IMG/VR virus record: IMGVR_UViG_3300023179_000029
Span: 1 to 64,000 of that record
Direction: 5' to 3' (one strand)
Length of the DNA: 64,000 nucleotides
Source of the DNA: a virus
The position numbers and the translations under genes are program-made. Of the stretch, positions 47,116 to 57,211 are shown in pieces. How positions within the stretch are numbered: position 1 is the stretch's first letter; every line of letters begins with the position of its first letter. The notes under the pieces are model-generated. The model saw nothing but the letters and a program-made list of their open reading frames with translations, ran no database searches and was not told where the DNA came from.

Positions 47116-49120
47116 TTCGACCTATCCTCAAATTTTTAATTAAAATTGGCCAAGGGTTGTCCGTTCCATCTAATTTTTTAGACAAAAATGAATCGTTTCT
47201 TCTAGTCAATTTAATTCTTAAATACCTAACAAAAGGAATTTGCCCATATTTATCTGTAAAATTATAAGTTAAATAATTCCATGGTAAACTTTTTTCACTA
47301 GGATTGAAATAAAGAGATGTTACAAATAAACTGTTAGCCTCTGGTATAACTGATTTAAAATCTCTTACAGAACCGGCACCAATTTGATCGTATGCAATTT
47401 CAATATCAATAGGTAATTTAAAAATTTGCATAGCAATAAAATTAATTGCTTTGGGAGATCCAAAATCAATTTCTAAATATTCAGACCCCGATGTTCTTTC
47501 TCCAGATGCCCAAAATTTGTAACTATTTGTATATGTATTATTATTTTGAATAATAGAATGTAAGTCGTCAGTTACAGGATACAAATCATTAATGTAGCTT
47601 GCATTGTATTCGTCTGATCTTGAAGTCACATCTAGTGGTTCTGCAAAATCGGCTAAACAATCCTTGGCTGTGTGTATTGTATTTGCATCCACTTTTTGTA
47701 AAAATGGAACATTGATAAACGCATCTGCAAACGCCTTGTTAAATGGACCAATATGTTGAGATGAATATCCGTCATTTGTAGCAATTGCAGAAAAATTAGA
47801 TAAATACGAACTATCATTTAAAGCGTTTTCTGTATAAGCAGCAACTTGAATCGGTGTATGAAAACTTCGATAATGTTGTTTTGACGCGCCTTGTACTTTT
47901 GGAGCCATTTGTTCAACATCTGATTTAATCCAATTTGTTTTACTTACAGATGGCCACGCGATTCTATTACTACCGGTTACATGGTCGATTACTTCATAGT
48001 ATGCGCTACTACTACTGACCTTGCTAACAATTTGATTTTGATAATTACTTTCACCAACAGTGTAACTGCCATAAGAATTTACTGGTTTGATTCGATCAAT
48101 TGCTTCATCAATTAAATGTCGATCATATTGATTAATACCAGCAATTTCATCTGAAGGATTATTAAATTGATAATTTTCAATGTCGACTTCAATTGAATTT
48201 TTTGTATCTAGAGCAGTAAATAATTTACTTATTACATTAAAACTTTGATCTGCTCTATCTGAGTAATTATTAAAAAACTTAATTTCAAATCCTGAAATCA
48301 AAGAACCTTTAACTGAAACATTTCCAGCGCCAATACTCGTAAATTTAATCATTGCATTATAAAAATCAAGTGATGTTATAGTTCCATTTTTTAAAAATAT
48401 TTCTTGAGATTCACCATTAAAATGAATAATAATAGAACCGGTACTAATCGGAGCAGAATTTTTAAAAGAAATTTTTTTATAAATAATTCGACTAATTTCT
48501 TGATTTGGAATCAATGTAAATTCATTCAAATCGTAATTTTTATATGATTTGTTTGTATGATAATTATCTAATCCAATCACATCGTCGCTATGTTGATCAA
48601 ACATATATTGATAATTTTCAATTAGATCTAATTCATAACCAACCGCAGATTTTGCAGCTAATTTGATTCCCTCTGTTGTTCCACCAAGTCTGGCTGCATG
48701 CAAAAAATCCAATACTCTATTTCTATAACTTTCGTCTTTTGCCCTTAAAGTATTCCATTGTTCCCTAGTTAAAACTCCAAAAGGGTCTTCAGAATAATTT
48801 TCATAAAATGGGGTACTTGTAATATTTTTACTAAATTTTAATGGATTAGTATAAAATTTTTCTAATTGATAATTTTGCAAATGAGTTGCTTCTAAAGCCA
48901 GTCTTGCTTCGTAAAAAGTTTTACGCAAAGATCCAACGCCGTTAATTCCCATTAAAGCTTCAAAGAATTTTGAAAGTACAGAATCCGGTGAAGTGTCATA
49001 AACTTCTTCAGGAAACCACCCTTGGTCAATCAACATTTTGACATTTGGAGAGCTTTTATTAGGCTCCACAAAAAATGTTTGATCTATAACCGCGCTATAT
49101 TTAGGATTATCATTTGCCAT
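47108..49120 (-). CDS. Baseplate wedge protein (P2 gpI-like N-terminus)
   Basis: DESYRNR..GGTTEGI..A..IKP, directly after baseplate J. Confidence 0.7.
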   Translation of the reverse strand: MANDNPKYSAVIDQTFFVEPNKSSPNVKMLIDQGWFPEEVYDTSPDSVLSKFFEALMGINGVGSLRKTFYEARLALEATHLQNYQLEKFYTNPLKFSKNITSTPFYENYSEDPFGVLTREQWNTLRAKDESYRNRVLDFLHAARLGGTTEGIKLAAKSAVGYELDLIENYQYMFDQHSDDVIGLDNYHTNKSYKNYDLNEFTLIPNQEISRIIYKKISFKNSAPISTGSIIIHFNGESQEIFLKNGTITSLDFYNAMIKFTSIGAGNVSVKGSLISGFEIKFFNNYSDRADQSFNVISKLFTALDTKNSIEVDIENYQFNNPSDEIAGINQYDRHLIDEAIDRIKPVNSYGSYTVGESNYQNQIVSKVSSSSAYYEVIDHVTGSNRIAWPSVSKTNWIKSDVEQMAPKVQGASKQHYRSFHTPIQVAAYTENALNDSSYLSNFSAIATNDGYSSQHIGPFNKAFADAFINVPFLQKVDANTIHTAKDCLADFAEPLDVTSRSDEYNASYINDLYPVTDDLHSIIQNNNTYTNSYKFWASGERTSGSEYLEIDFGSPKAINFIAMQIFKLPIDIEIAYDQIGAGSVRDFKSVIPEANSLFVTSLYFNPSEKSLPWNYLTYNFTDKYGQIPFVRYLRIKLTRRNDSFLSKKLDGTDNPWPILIKNLRIGRNV

Positions 49121-49134
49121 TGTTAAATCCTAAT

Positions 49135-52100
49135 TTAAACTTTGTTCCAAGTGTTTTGTGCTTTAACCCTAATGGTTATCATATTTGAAATATCGGTGCT
49201 ATCGGCCTGTGGTAAGGGCAACGAAGCCAATTGATTATCGCCAAGTAAGAAATCATTGTTAAAAACTGTACTTGATTCAATCATTAATTCAGGATTTGTA
49301 ATTGTCAACTCATTAATATCACTATTGTTGATGTAAGTAATTGTATATGGATTATCGACAGTCGGCATAGCAGATGGATCGGTTGCAGAAACTGTTGCAA
49401 AATAAGACAATTTTGCATTTAACGATGTTGCTGTAAGCCCAGCCAAAGTGACATCAATAATATTATTTAAATAATGAAATTTTAATTTACCAGAGGTATT
49501 TGAATTAGTTAAATAAAATAAATACGACGTTGGTTGAGTTCCGCCCAAATTGCCTTCGCCAATACTAACCTTTTGCAATGAATATTTTATAGTTTCTCCA
49601 TATTTATTAACTTCAGTCAATCTATTTCGAGGATTGCCATCATCGTCTGTAGAATTAGTTAAATCGTCTTTAGACCATTTAACATTGTCTACTCCACTAG
49701 TGTTGTGAATTACTTGTAAAATATCTGAAAGTTGAATGATAGAACCAAAGTATTGATTATCAAAATAAGATTTTAAACTGGTGACAATATTGTTGTTAAC
49801 AGTTGTTGGATTTTGCCCTTTATCATACATGACCGTAATATCTGGTTTAAAATATCTAATAACAGATTCGTGTACAAGTACATCCGTAGTTACCTGTTTT
49901 GCATTATCGATTGCAGCCTGAAGCGTAACAATATTTCCATTATATGTATAATTTTCAATTGAAAGGGTGTGCTCAGTAGCGTCAAATAATGTGTTAATAT
50001 TACTTTTTGCTAAATGCGCATCAGCAATTGTGGAATTGTCACCTCTAGTAGTCAAAAAGATGCGATTACCAATTTTTTCCCAATAGTAATTGTCTACATC
50101 AGGGGTTGTTGGAATTTGTTCTCCGCCAGAACCAGTGGTGTAACTGTATGAAGTTTTGCAGCGATATGCTCCATCGTTATAGCAAGCGAATGAACTGACC
50201 GTTGCTCCTAATGAATGAGCGGCGATTGTGGTTCCATTTACGCCTCTTGCTAATATTGTGAAAGTATTAGTGGAAAGCGATTTGTAAGAAATTAATTCTT
50301 CGTCAATTAACACAACAAAAGGTTTTGATTGATCGATAGGAACTGGAAATCCGGAACCTGATGTAACTGCAAATGTCGATCCATCACTTGCGGTCGCGGT
50401 TAAATTGGCAGACAAAGTGCTTGTTCCGTATTTTTGCAAAGTGTTAGTAGTCCCAAACCATATTCCCTGATCATTGGAGCTTGATGGTGAATCAATAAAT
50501 GCAAGCCACCCGCTATCTGATGGAGTTGGAGTAGCTGAAGCTTTTTTATAACCAATTTGTTCGCTATCAATAATCAGTTTTCCAAAATCTGGAAAAAGAA
50601 TTGATTCGTTGTATTTAATAATTGTGCCAATACCTGAAACAGAATCTGCACTTGCTCCAATTGACAAAGCTAGTGATGCGCTCGCCCCAGCACTATCTGT
50701 AATATATTGACCACTATACGGTCCCTCATCTGTATCTGTGCTAGACTTTGCTTTAATTTTAATTGCCCACTCAATGCCGTTCCTAGCCCGAATGGTCCCT
50801 CTTAAATCAGTGACATCTTCAACTTCCCAATAATGAACATTTTTAATAAATGTTCCATATTTGGTTGATATAGTATTTGGTAATTCGATAAGTGGCTGAT
50901 TTAAAATTGGCGTATAAACGTGCCCGGGAACTGGACAAGATTGCGTACTGTTTTTTCTTCTAAAATTTTTATAATAAAGGTAATTTGTCGCATCATCTTT
51001 AATAAATTTTTTAACAGGAACATAATTACCCGGCCGAGCCATTACAACATTTGCCAAAACCGCATCAAGGTTATCTACATAAATATCAACGCAATTGAGT
51101 ACTCCTCTTAAATAATCATTTCTTGAAGCAGAAGAAAGGTAAGAATATTCAAAAAATAAAACGTCTTTTGGACTAATTGTTTGAATATTATCTTCGTCAC
51201 CCGTGTAAACATTTGTAAATGTAATATTCGGTTGATAGATAACTGGAGTTGCTGTGCTTAAGGGATTGGAATTAATACCCTTTTGAAATTCTCGATAAGC
51301 GTCTCCTCTGTTTTTAGTAGAGGGGGTAACGTTCATTACAAAGTCGGCATCTTGTGTATATATTGTAATTAAAGAAGTTGTGTCATCAGATACATGGTAA
51401 GGCAAATTATCATAAACAAATTTTGCGTTTGTGTTTGTTGATAACGCGGTGGTATATTCTAAATCATTTCCATTTCCGCTAACATTGTCAGGCAAATCGG
51501 GCACCTGAATGTATTCTGTGTATTTTGACGACGGTCCAATAACTGTTGCTTTTTTCGACAATGTTGATAAAGCTAAAGCTAAATAATTATCCTTGGTCCC
51601 CGCTAGGTTTCTGAATGGCCCGGTAGCAGTAAATCTAGCTTTTAATTGATCATCAGATTCTTTATTAGTCCCTCCAACGATTGGAGCTTCGTTATTAATG
51701 CTGACAATGCTCCCGATGGCGGCTCCGTTCCAATCGGTGATTGTATTAGCGGGAACATTTCCTTTTTCTCCGGACTCAATGCATTCAATTGGCACAATGA
51801 CATCCTTGGTACCGGCAGCCATAATAACTGATCGGTTACTGATAAAAGTTACATCTGACCCATTGTTTACAGCTTTGGCTAAAAATTGTGTACCGGCAGG
51901 AATTCTCAATGGCGCATCGGCGTTTGTATTTCTAGATAATTTAAGAAATCCACTGGCCTTTGTGCCGACTTGTCGACCAAAACCAAAAAGGCCAAGCATA
52001 TTGTCAAGATCGGCGCCCACTTTTGCGTCAATATCAAGACCACCATTTAGAATATTTAAATCAATTTGATTTTCAGCAATGGCTTGCGCGACCGCTTCAA

Positions 52101-52200
52101 TAATTCTACGCTCAGGAGTTCCCTCAATGAGAGACATTGAGGGGACCTTAAATCTAAGGTCATTAATAATATTATCAATAATTTGCTGTTGCGTTGCCAT
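49135..52200 (-). CDS. Baseplate J-like protein
   Basis: GADLD..FG..R..A.G, IPAGT, G.KGNVPANTI, GGTNKESDDQLKAR; C-terminal SDI..I....GVDNV. Confidence 0.9.
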   Translation of the reverse strand: MATQQQIIDNIINDLRFKVPSMSLIEGTPERRIIEAVAQAIAENQIDLNILNGGLDIDAKVGADLDNMLGLFGFGRQVGTKASGFLKLSRNTNADAPLRIPAGTQFLAKAVNNGSDVTFISNRSVIMAAGTKDVIVPIECIESGEKGNVPANTITDWNGAAIGSIVSINNEAPIVGGTNKESDDQLKARFTATGPFRNLAGTKDNYLALALSTLSKKATVIGPSSKYTEYIQVPDLPDNVSGNGNDLEYTTALSTNTNAKFVYDNLPYHVSDDTTSLITIYTQDADFVMNVTPSTKNRGDAYREFQKGINSNPLSTATPVIYQPNITFTNVYTGDEDNIQTISPKDVLFFEYSYLSSASRNDYLRGVLNCVDIYVDNLDAVLANVVMARPGNYVPVKKFIKDDATNYLYYKNFRRKNSTQSCPVPGHVYTPILNQPLIELPNTISTKYGTFIKNVHYWEVEDVTDLRGTIRARNGIEWAIKIKAKSSTDTDEGPYSGQYITDSAGASASLALSIGASADSVSGIGTIIKYNESILFPDFGKLIIDSEQIGYKKASATPTPSDSGWLAFIDSPSSSNDQGIWFGTTNTLQKYGTSTLSANLTATASDGSTFAVTSGSGFPVPIDQSKPFVVLIDEELISYKSLSTNTFTILARGVNGTTIAAHSLGATVSSFACYNDGAYRCKTSYSYTTGSGGEQIPTTPDVDNYYWEKIGNRIFLTTRGDNSTIADAHLAKSNINTLFDATEHTLSIENYTYNGNIVTLQAAIDNAKQVTTDVLVHESVIRYFKPDITVMYDKGQNPTTVNNNIVTSLKSYFDNQYFGSIIQLSDILQVIHNTSGVDNVKWSKDDLTNSTDDDGNPRNRLTEVNKYGETIKYSLQKVSIGEGNLGGTQPTSYLFYLTNSNTSGKLKFHYLNNIIDVTLAGLTATSLNAKLSYFATVSATDPSAMPTVDNPYTITYINNSDINELTITNPELMIESSTVFNNDFLLGDNQLASLPLPQADSTDISNMITIRVKAQNTWNKV

Positions 52201-52664
52201 TATAAACCTAATATAATTTCAATTGTTTCAATAGACCCAGAAGCGCTTTTTAAATGCACTTTTACATCTAATTTATCTAAATTTTGTTTAATATCAATAG
52301 CTTCAATTCCGGCCAAAACCTCTCCCTTGGTCAAAGATTGGGAGTTATATTTCATTTTGTCAGCTTTCGCTCTAGCCAATTGTCTGGATTGATAATTTCC
52401 TACAATTCTTAAAATTTCAGACCTTACTCTTAAATCTACCATTGATAAGTCGGTATCGCCAATAATACTTTCGTAAATGACTCCATCAGAGTTTACGCCT
52501 CCATCAATTAACGAACCGTATGAAGGGTTGTTTAAATCAGATCCCATAGGTTGTTTTAACTCAAGAGTTAAATCTTGAATCATTTTGTTTTCGTTATCGA
52601 CGGTTTCTAAACCTTTTGGACCAATTGCTAAATCTCCATTTTGTAATTTTAAACTCCAAGTCAT
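52200..52664 (-). CDS. Baseplate wedge/sheath initiator (gp25-like)
   Basis: LKLQNGDL..QDL..G....P.YGS.I. Confidence 0.8.
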   Translation of the reverse strand: MTWSLKLQNGDLAIGPKGLETVDNENKMIQDLTLELKQPMGSDLNNPSYGSLIDGGVNSDGVIYESIIGDTDLSMVDLRVRSEILRIVGNYQSRQLARAKADKMKYNSQSLTKGEVLAGIEAIDIKQNLDKLDVKVHLKSASGSIETIEIILGL

Positions 52665-52703
52665 CCTATTAATTAACCTGTCGGAATATAATGTTCGGGA
52701 GTA

Positions 52704-54491
52704 TTATGGAATTAAAACTGTTAAAGTAATTTTTAAAGTACCGTAGCCAACAAAATTGTCACTTGTCGGATTCCAAATCCAGTAAAACAAATTTCCGCTT
52801 ACGTTTTTGCCTGCTCCGCAAAGAAGTGGAAAAGTTCCGGCTAATCTAAAATATTGAGCGCCATAATTAGCACTATTTGAAATAGGATCATATTCGTCAG
52901 GAGGATTGAAACCTCCGGAGTTATCATAATGTCCGCCTGCTAAACCTCTGGGAAAAGTTACAAAACCCGAAGTTGTCGTTCCAATGCTTAAAGGAATTGT
53001 TAATTCATAATATCGACAAATATCACTTGCACCGCTTGGATCAAAATCAACTTTTCGCCATATAGCATTAGATTGTACTCCTTCAACATTATTATTAGGA
53101 TTGGCATCATTTTTATAAGCGGTGCCAACATTTGAACTGTTGCTAGTAACATAAGATTGAGTTGCTAGTGGATTACTAGTTCCCGATCCAATGTAAAAAG
53201 CTCCACCTCTAATGTTTCCACTTCCCGCATCGATGCCGCCATTAGCGGTAACGACGTTTCCTCCGCTGGTATTTAATCCGCCAGTTGTTATCCCTTGAGT
53301 AGATGTAAAATCATTAGTTGTAATTGTTCCTTGAAAATTTGCATTACCGTTACTGGCATATAAATGAATCTTGTTAGTTTCCCCATTTTTAAGATAAACA
53401 TCTCCTTGAAAAGAGGCTGATCCATCATTTCCTTCAAGGTGAATCGTGTTACTGGCTCCATTTTTAAGATAAACATCTCCTTGAAAAGAGGCTGATCCAT
53501 CATTTCCTTCAAGGTGAATCGTGTTACTGGCTCCAACGTACATGTCATTTGTCGCTTTAACATAGTTACTAGCCGTAATGTTTCCACTCGCGCTAATATT
53601 GGTTGTGTCAATGTTACTAATATTGAGATCATTTGCAGAAATGTCACCGTAAATTGTAACACTGTCGTCAATTACTAATTGATCATTAATTTGAATTTTT
53701 GGTGTTTTATAAAATGTTATCGATGCCGTATTTGAAGCACCAATAAAAATTTCGCCTGCAACCGTAGAACTTGTATTTTCACTTGTTGAACTATTAAGAC
53801 GAATAGACGCTAAAGATTTAAATTCTATTGTTCCTTGTTTTGAAAATTGAATTAAACCATTGTTATCAAATACGATTGAAGATTTTTTAGCAAGTGCTTC
53901 TGGCGTTAAATCAGTCGGGTTTGCAGCAGCAAGGTTGATTTTGCCGGTTCCACCGTCTAAAATGATATATCTTGAATTTTGTGTTTCAATTAATTCCAAA
54001 CGTCCAGTGCCAAGGGTACCAGTTTGAGAAGTTGTAGAAATTTGAGCGCCACTTTCCAAAATCACTTTTTCAGTCACGCTAAGGCTATTAATTTTTAAAT
54101 CAATGCTTGGTTGCCAAGTTTCATCTATATAAGACAAAAGGGCATTATTGGCAGCATTTGTATCGTCAGTAATCACAACCGATTTGCCAGTAGGCGTTTT
54201 AACTACATCTGCTGCAATTTTACCGTGCCCGGGAGCAAGATCGTTAATTTTAACATCATCGGTGCTATCAGCGCGACGATCTAATACCCAAATACCGTTT
54301 GCTTGTTGAATGATCCAACTTTCGCCTACTTTTGGCCAAACAAAAAATTCGCGAGTATCAAAAACCGCAATTTGAACCACTGTTTGATCTTTTAAAGCTG
54401 CTTCTATTTTTCTAGTTTTTGGATGAACTGTAGTAATAGTGCATGCTCTTCGGGATCCATATCCCGGCTTCATATGATCTTGTACAGCCAT
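52704..54491 (-). CDS. Baseplate spike/puncturing protein (OB-fold N-terminus, beta-helix repeats)
   Basis: WPKVGESW N-domain, Gly/Asn beta-helix repeats; between hub and gp25-like genes. Confidence 0.65.
   Translation of the reverse strand: MAVQDHMKPGYGSRRACTITTVHPKTRKIEAALKDQTVVQIAVFDTREFFVWPKVGESWIIQQANGIWVLDRRADSTDDVKINDLAPGHGKIAADVVKTPTGKSVVITDDTNAANNALLSYIDETWQPSIDLKINSLSVTEKVILESGAQISTTSQTGTLGTGRLELIETQNSRYIILDGGTGKINLAAANPTDLTPEALAKKSSIVFDNNGLIQFSKQGTIEFKSLASIRLNSSTSENTSSTVAGEIFIGASNTASITFYKTPKIQINDQLVIDDSVTIYGDISANDLNISNIDTTNISASGNITASNYVKATNDMYVGASNTIHLEGNDGSASFQGDVYLKNGASNTIHLEGNDGSASFQGDVYLKNGETNKIHLYASNGNANFQGTITTNDFTSTQGITTGGLNTSGGNVVTANGGIDAGSGNIRGGAFYIGSGTSNPLATQSYVTSNSSNVGTAYKNDANPNNNVEGVQSNAIWRKVDFDPSGASDICRYYELTIPLSIGTTTSGFVTFPRGLAGGHYDNSGGFNPPDEYDPISNSANYGAQYFRLAGTFPLLCGAGKNVSGNLFYWIWNPTSDNFVGYGTLKITLTVLIP
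53383..53535. repeat. Perfect in-frame 75-bp tandem duplication
   Basis: GASNTIHLEGNDGSASFQGDVYLKN x2, identical at DNA level, followed by a diverged third copy. Confidence 0.95.
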
Positions 54492-54501
54492 AACCTATCC
54501 T

Positions 54502-55998
54502 TTAATATGCGCCTTTAGGAGCGCCAATTTCATCTGAACTTGGATTATCCCAAGCTCTAATCATTCCTGCGTGAACCCAAGATTTATTTGGATTATTTGG
54601 ATTACCCGAGGCGTCTTTTGTAGCAGCGGGCGCACTCAATTCGGCCGTAGTTGTAAACCCAGATTCATAAGATCCATTATGCACAACCCGTTCAATATAA
54701 CATTGCAATCCATGCTCTTCAAATTCAACAATCCCGCCGGGATAAAGTTCTGGCATAAAAGTAAATTCAAATGTTGTTTTAAATTGTTTGGCCCACATAT
54801 AACAAAACCTTTGATAAGCCAAAAAGGTTTCATAAATTGGCGACCTAATTGCCGCCACCTCTTCAGTCAACGGTCTAGCTCCATATTTTTGAAGAAATTT
54901 GATCGCATCTTCTTTTTTCTGCAAACTGGGCTTAGTAGAATCCATACCAGATTCGCTTGAAGAAGTTGATGGGCCGTTAACAAAATCTGCCATAAATGCA
55001 TTAAATACATTAATCACTCCGGCCGTATTAATCCTATCAATATAATCAATAGTTCCGTATCCAATTCCGCTTTCACTTCCCATTGTGTCACCAACTACAT
55101 ACATATGAGTAACTAATTCATCATCAGATAAATCGATTTTTCCATCCATGATTTCGATATCTTTAATGACCCAATATGCGGTTTTACCAAGTCCACCAAA
55201 ATAATCTGGGTAAAATGCGTAAAAATCGCCGTTAGGAAGAGACATAAATTCTCTTAAAGACCCGGCCGCAATTTGTTCTACGAATGGAAGAAGCGGTTTA
55301 TCATTAAGAAGACTCCTCTGCCCAGTGAGCAGAATTGCCTCTTTCATTTCCATAATGCTTGGCAATGTAAAATAGGAAGAAAATGCTGCGGCAGTAGCTA
55401 TTTCTCCGGGCGTTTTGCCACTGCCAGCTCCACCCGAACTCGGATCTGGGACTTGTGTTCCATCGACCTTTTCACCATAAATAGACGTATACAACGATGC
55501 CTCTCCGGCAAGTTCGTTATCAATTCCGCCGTTTGCACTAGATCCAAGGGCAACTCTAACATAGGCGACATCAGAACCGACTTCTCCAATAATATTGCCA
55601 GCGGTTACTCCAGCAAGATCAAAATTACGAGGTGGATCAATTTTTACCGGATTGTTGTTTTTATCAAAAGCAGTATAAATAACTTGATCGATCTCTACCT
55701 TTGCTTTTGAATTATGATCCGATGTATATACCAAAGGATTTGTTAAAGTTAAAGAAATACTCTTTGTTGAAGACGATCCATTATATTCTTGATACTCATA
55801 GCCCGTTCCAACAACCCCGTCGTACATTGCAAGTAAATGGTGGGAGCCATTATTTGTTGTATATGTTGACGCCCCGGCTCTGCCCAAACCAAATGATGGT
55901 TTTACACCAGATCCTTTTGGAAATGGATAAATTGTTCTAGCATCCTTACTATTTGGCGCTTTTGTTCTTAATCTTCCTTTTAAATTAGAAATTGCCAT
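54502..55998 (-). CDS. Baseplate hub C-terminal half with degenerate M23-like N-domain
   Basis: GQRSLLNDKPL..REFMSLPNGDFYAFYPDYFG..KYGARP..FMPELYPG..YIERVVH..GFTT. Confidence 0.7.
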   Translation of the reverse strand: MAISNLKGRLRTKAPNSKDARTIYPFPKGSGVKPSFGLGRAGASTYTTNNGSHHLLAMYDGVVGTGYEYQEYNGSSSTKSISLTLTNPLVYTSDHNSKAKVEIDQVIYTAFDKNNNPVKIDPPRNFDLAGVTAGNIIGEVGSDVAYVRVALGSSANGGIDNELAGEASLYTSIYGEKVDGTQVPDPSSGGAGSGKTPGEIATAAAFSSYFTLPSIMEMKEAILLTGQRSLLNDKPLLPFVEQIAAGSLREFMSLPNGDFYAFYPDYFGGLGKTAYWVIKDIEIMDGKIDLSDDELVTHMYVVGDTMGSESGIGYGTIDYIDRINTAGVINVFNAFMADFVNGPSTSSSESGMDSTKPSLQKKEDAIKFLQKYGARPLTEEVAAIRSPIYETFLAYQRFCYMWAKQFKTTFEFTFMPELYPGGIVEFEEHGLQCYIERVVHNGSYESGFTTTAELSAPAATKDASGNPNNPNKSWVHAGMIRAWDNPSSDEIGAPKGAY

Positions 55999-56023
55999 TT
56001 AACTAACCTTTCGATCTTTATAA

Positions 56024-57205
56024 TTAATTGGTGGGTTCTTTACCATTGTATCGTTTATACAAACCATAAATGGCTTTTGCTGCTTCTTCCGCATCAGTAA
56101 CAAAGTCACCAGATGTTCCAACATATCTACTTTTTACGGGACCGAGATTGGTATTTCCGGGGTATTTATAAGTTAAACCAAAATTTGGGGTCTTTGCATA
56201 ATTTCCTTTGTATTTACCAAATTCACTTTCATGACCATATACTCCCCATAAAACGGTAAAAGGAATTTTCCATTTTTTGGCCTTTTCTGCAATGACCTTT
56301 CGATCATTTGGATTACCGCCATTCGCGCCGTTGCTCAATGCTTTTCTATAAACCTGTTCAGCATCATATTTTCCATCAGAATAATGGTTAACTGTCGATA
56401 TCCAATCAGAGCCTATATTTTTAACAGCGTTATCGCCCGAACCTTCACCAGAATTATTTGAACTTTGATCGTTATTGGCATAAGTTGAATTACCATATTT
56501 GGAAGCACCAATAATATTATTTAAATATTGATGAAATTCTTTAATAGAAGACGCGCTTTCTTTTGCCGCATCAGCGTATAATTTCCTAACAATTTCTGAA
56601 ATTTGTTCGCCCGGCAGTTCTTGAATATAAATATTATCACCGTTCCAACCTCCAATTTCAGTTAAAATTGAATAAAGTAAATTACCAATACTAGTGTCGT
56701 TTAAACCAGTCGTTTTGCGGGCTTCTTTTTCAGGGCTTAATGCCGTACCGTCAAGTGTCACTCCCCAACCATGTGCATCCATAAATGCTCTTACAAAAGG
56801 CAAAGCGGGGTCCCAGTATGTGTATTGCAATCTTTTAAGCGTACAAGAAGCATCTATGGCAACTATGCCCGGCAATAATTGCACATGCGGCGTTGTATCG
56901 CAATACCCCGTAAATACCTGAATGGGACGACCTTTTAATCTGGTCATTGTAATTGTAATCGGATCCATGGGATGAAACATTGGGCGAATGGATCCATCGC
57001 TTCCAATATGTTCTGTAAACATTGATCTTATTTGACCACTTGTTTCATCTGAAATTCTAGGATTTCTAAATTCGATTCTTGCATAGCTAGTTGCATTAAT
57101 CCTACGATCAACTTGTACATCCGTGATGTAAGGACTTAAATCAAAGACGCCCGAATCGGATTTAATCCAAACATTAACTGATGGTGAATAAACTAATCTC
57201 TTCAT
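56024..57205 (-). CDS. Hub N-half paralog C plus lysozyme-like domain
   Basis: Shared ~235-aa N-terminus; C-terminal AKKWKIP..LWGVYGHESEFG. Confidence 0.7.
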   Translation of the reverse strand: MKRLVYSPSVNVWIKSDSGVFDLSPYITDVQVDRRINATSYARIEFRNPRISDETSGQIRSMFTEHIGSDGSIRPMFHPMDPITITMTRLKGRPIQVFTGYCDTTPHVQLLPGIVAIDASCTLKRLQYTYWDPALPFVRAFMDAHGWGVTLDGTALSPEKEARKTTGLNDTSIGNLLYSILTEIGGWNGDNIYIQELPGEQISEIVRKLYADAAKESASSIKEFHQYLNNIIGASKYGNSTYANNDQSSNNSGEGSGDNAVKNIGSDWISTVNHYSDGKYDAEQVYRKALSNGANGGNPNDRKVIAEKAKKWKIPFTVLWGVYGHESEFGKYKGNYAKTPNFGLTYKYPGNTNLGPVKSRYVGTSGDFVTDAEEAAKAIYGLYKRYNGKEPTN

Positions 57206-57211
57206 TTTATT

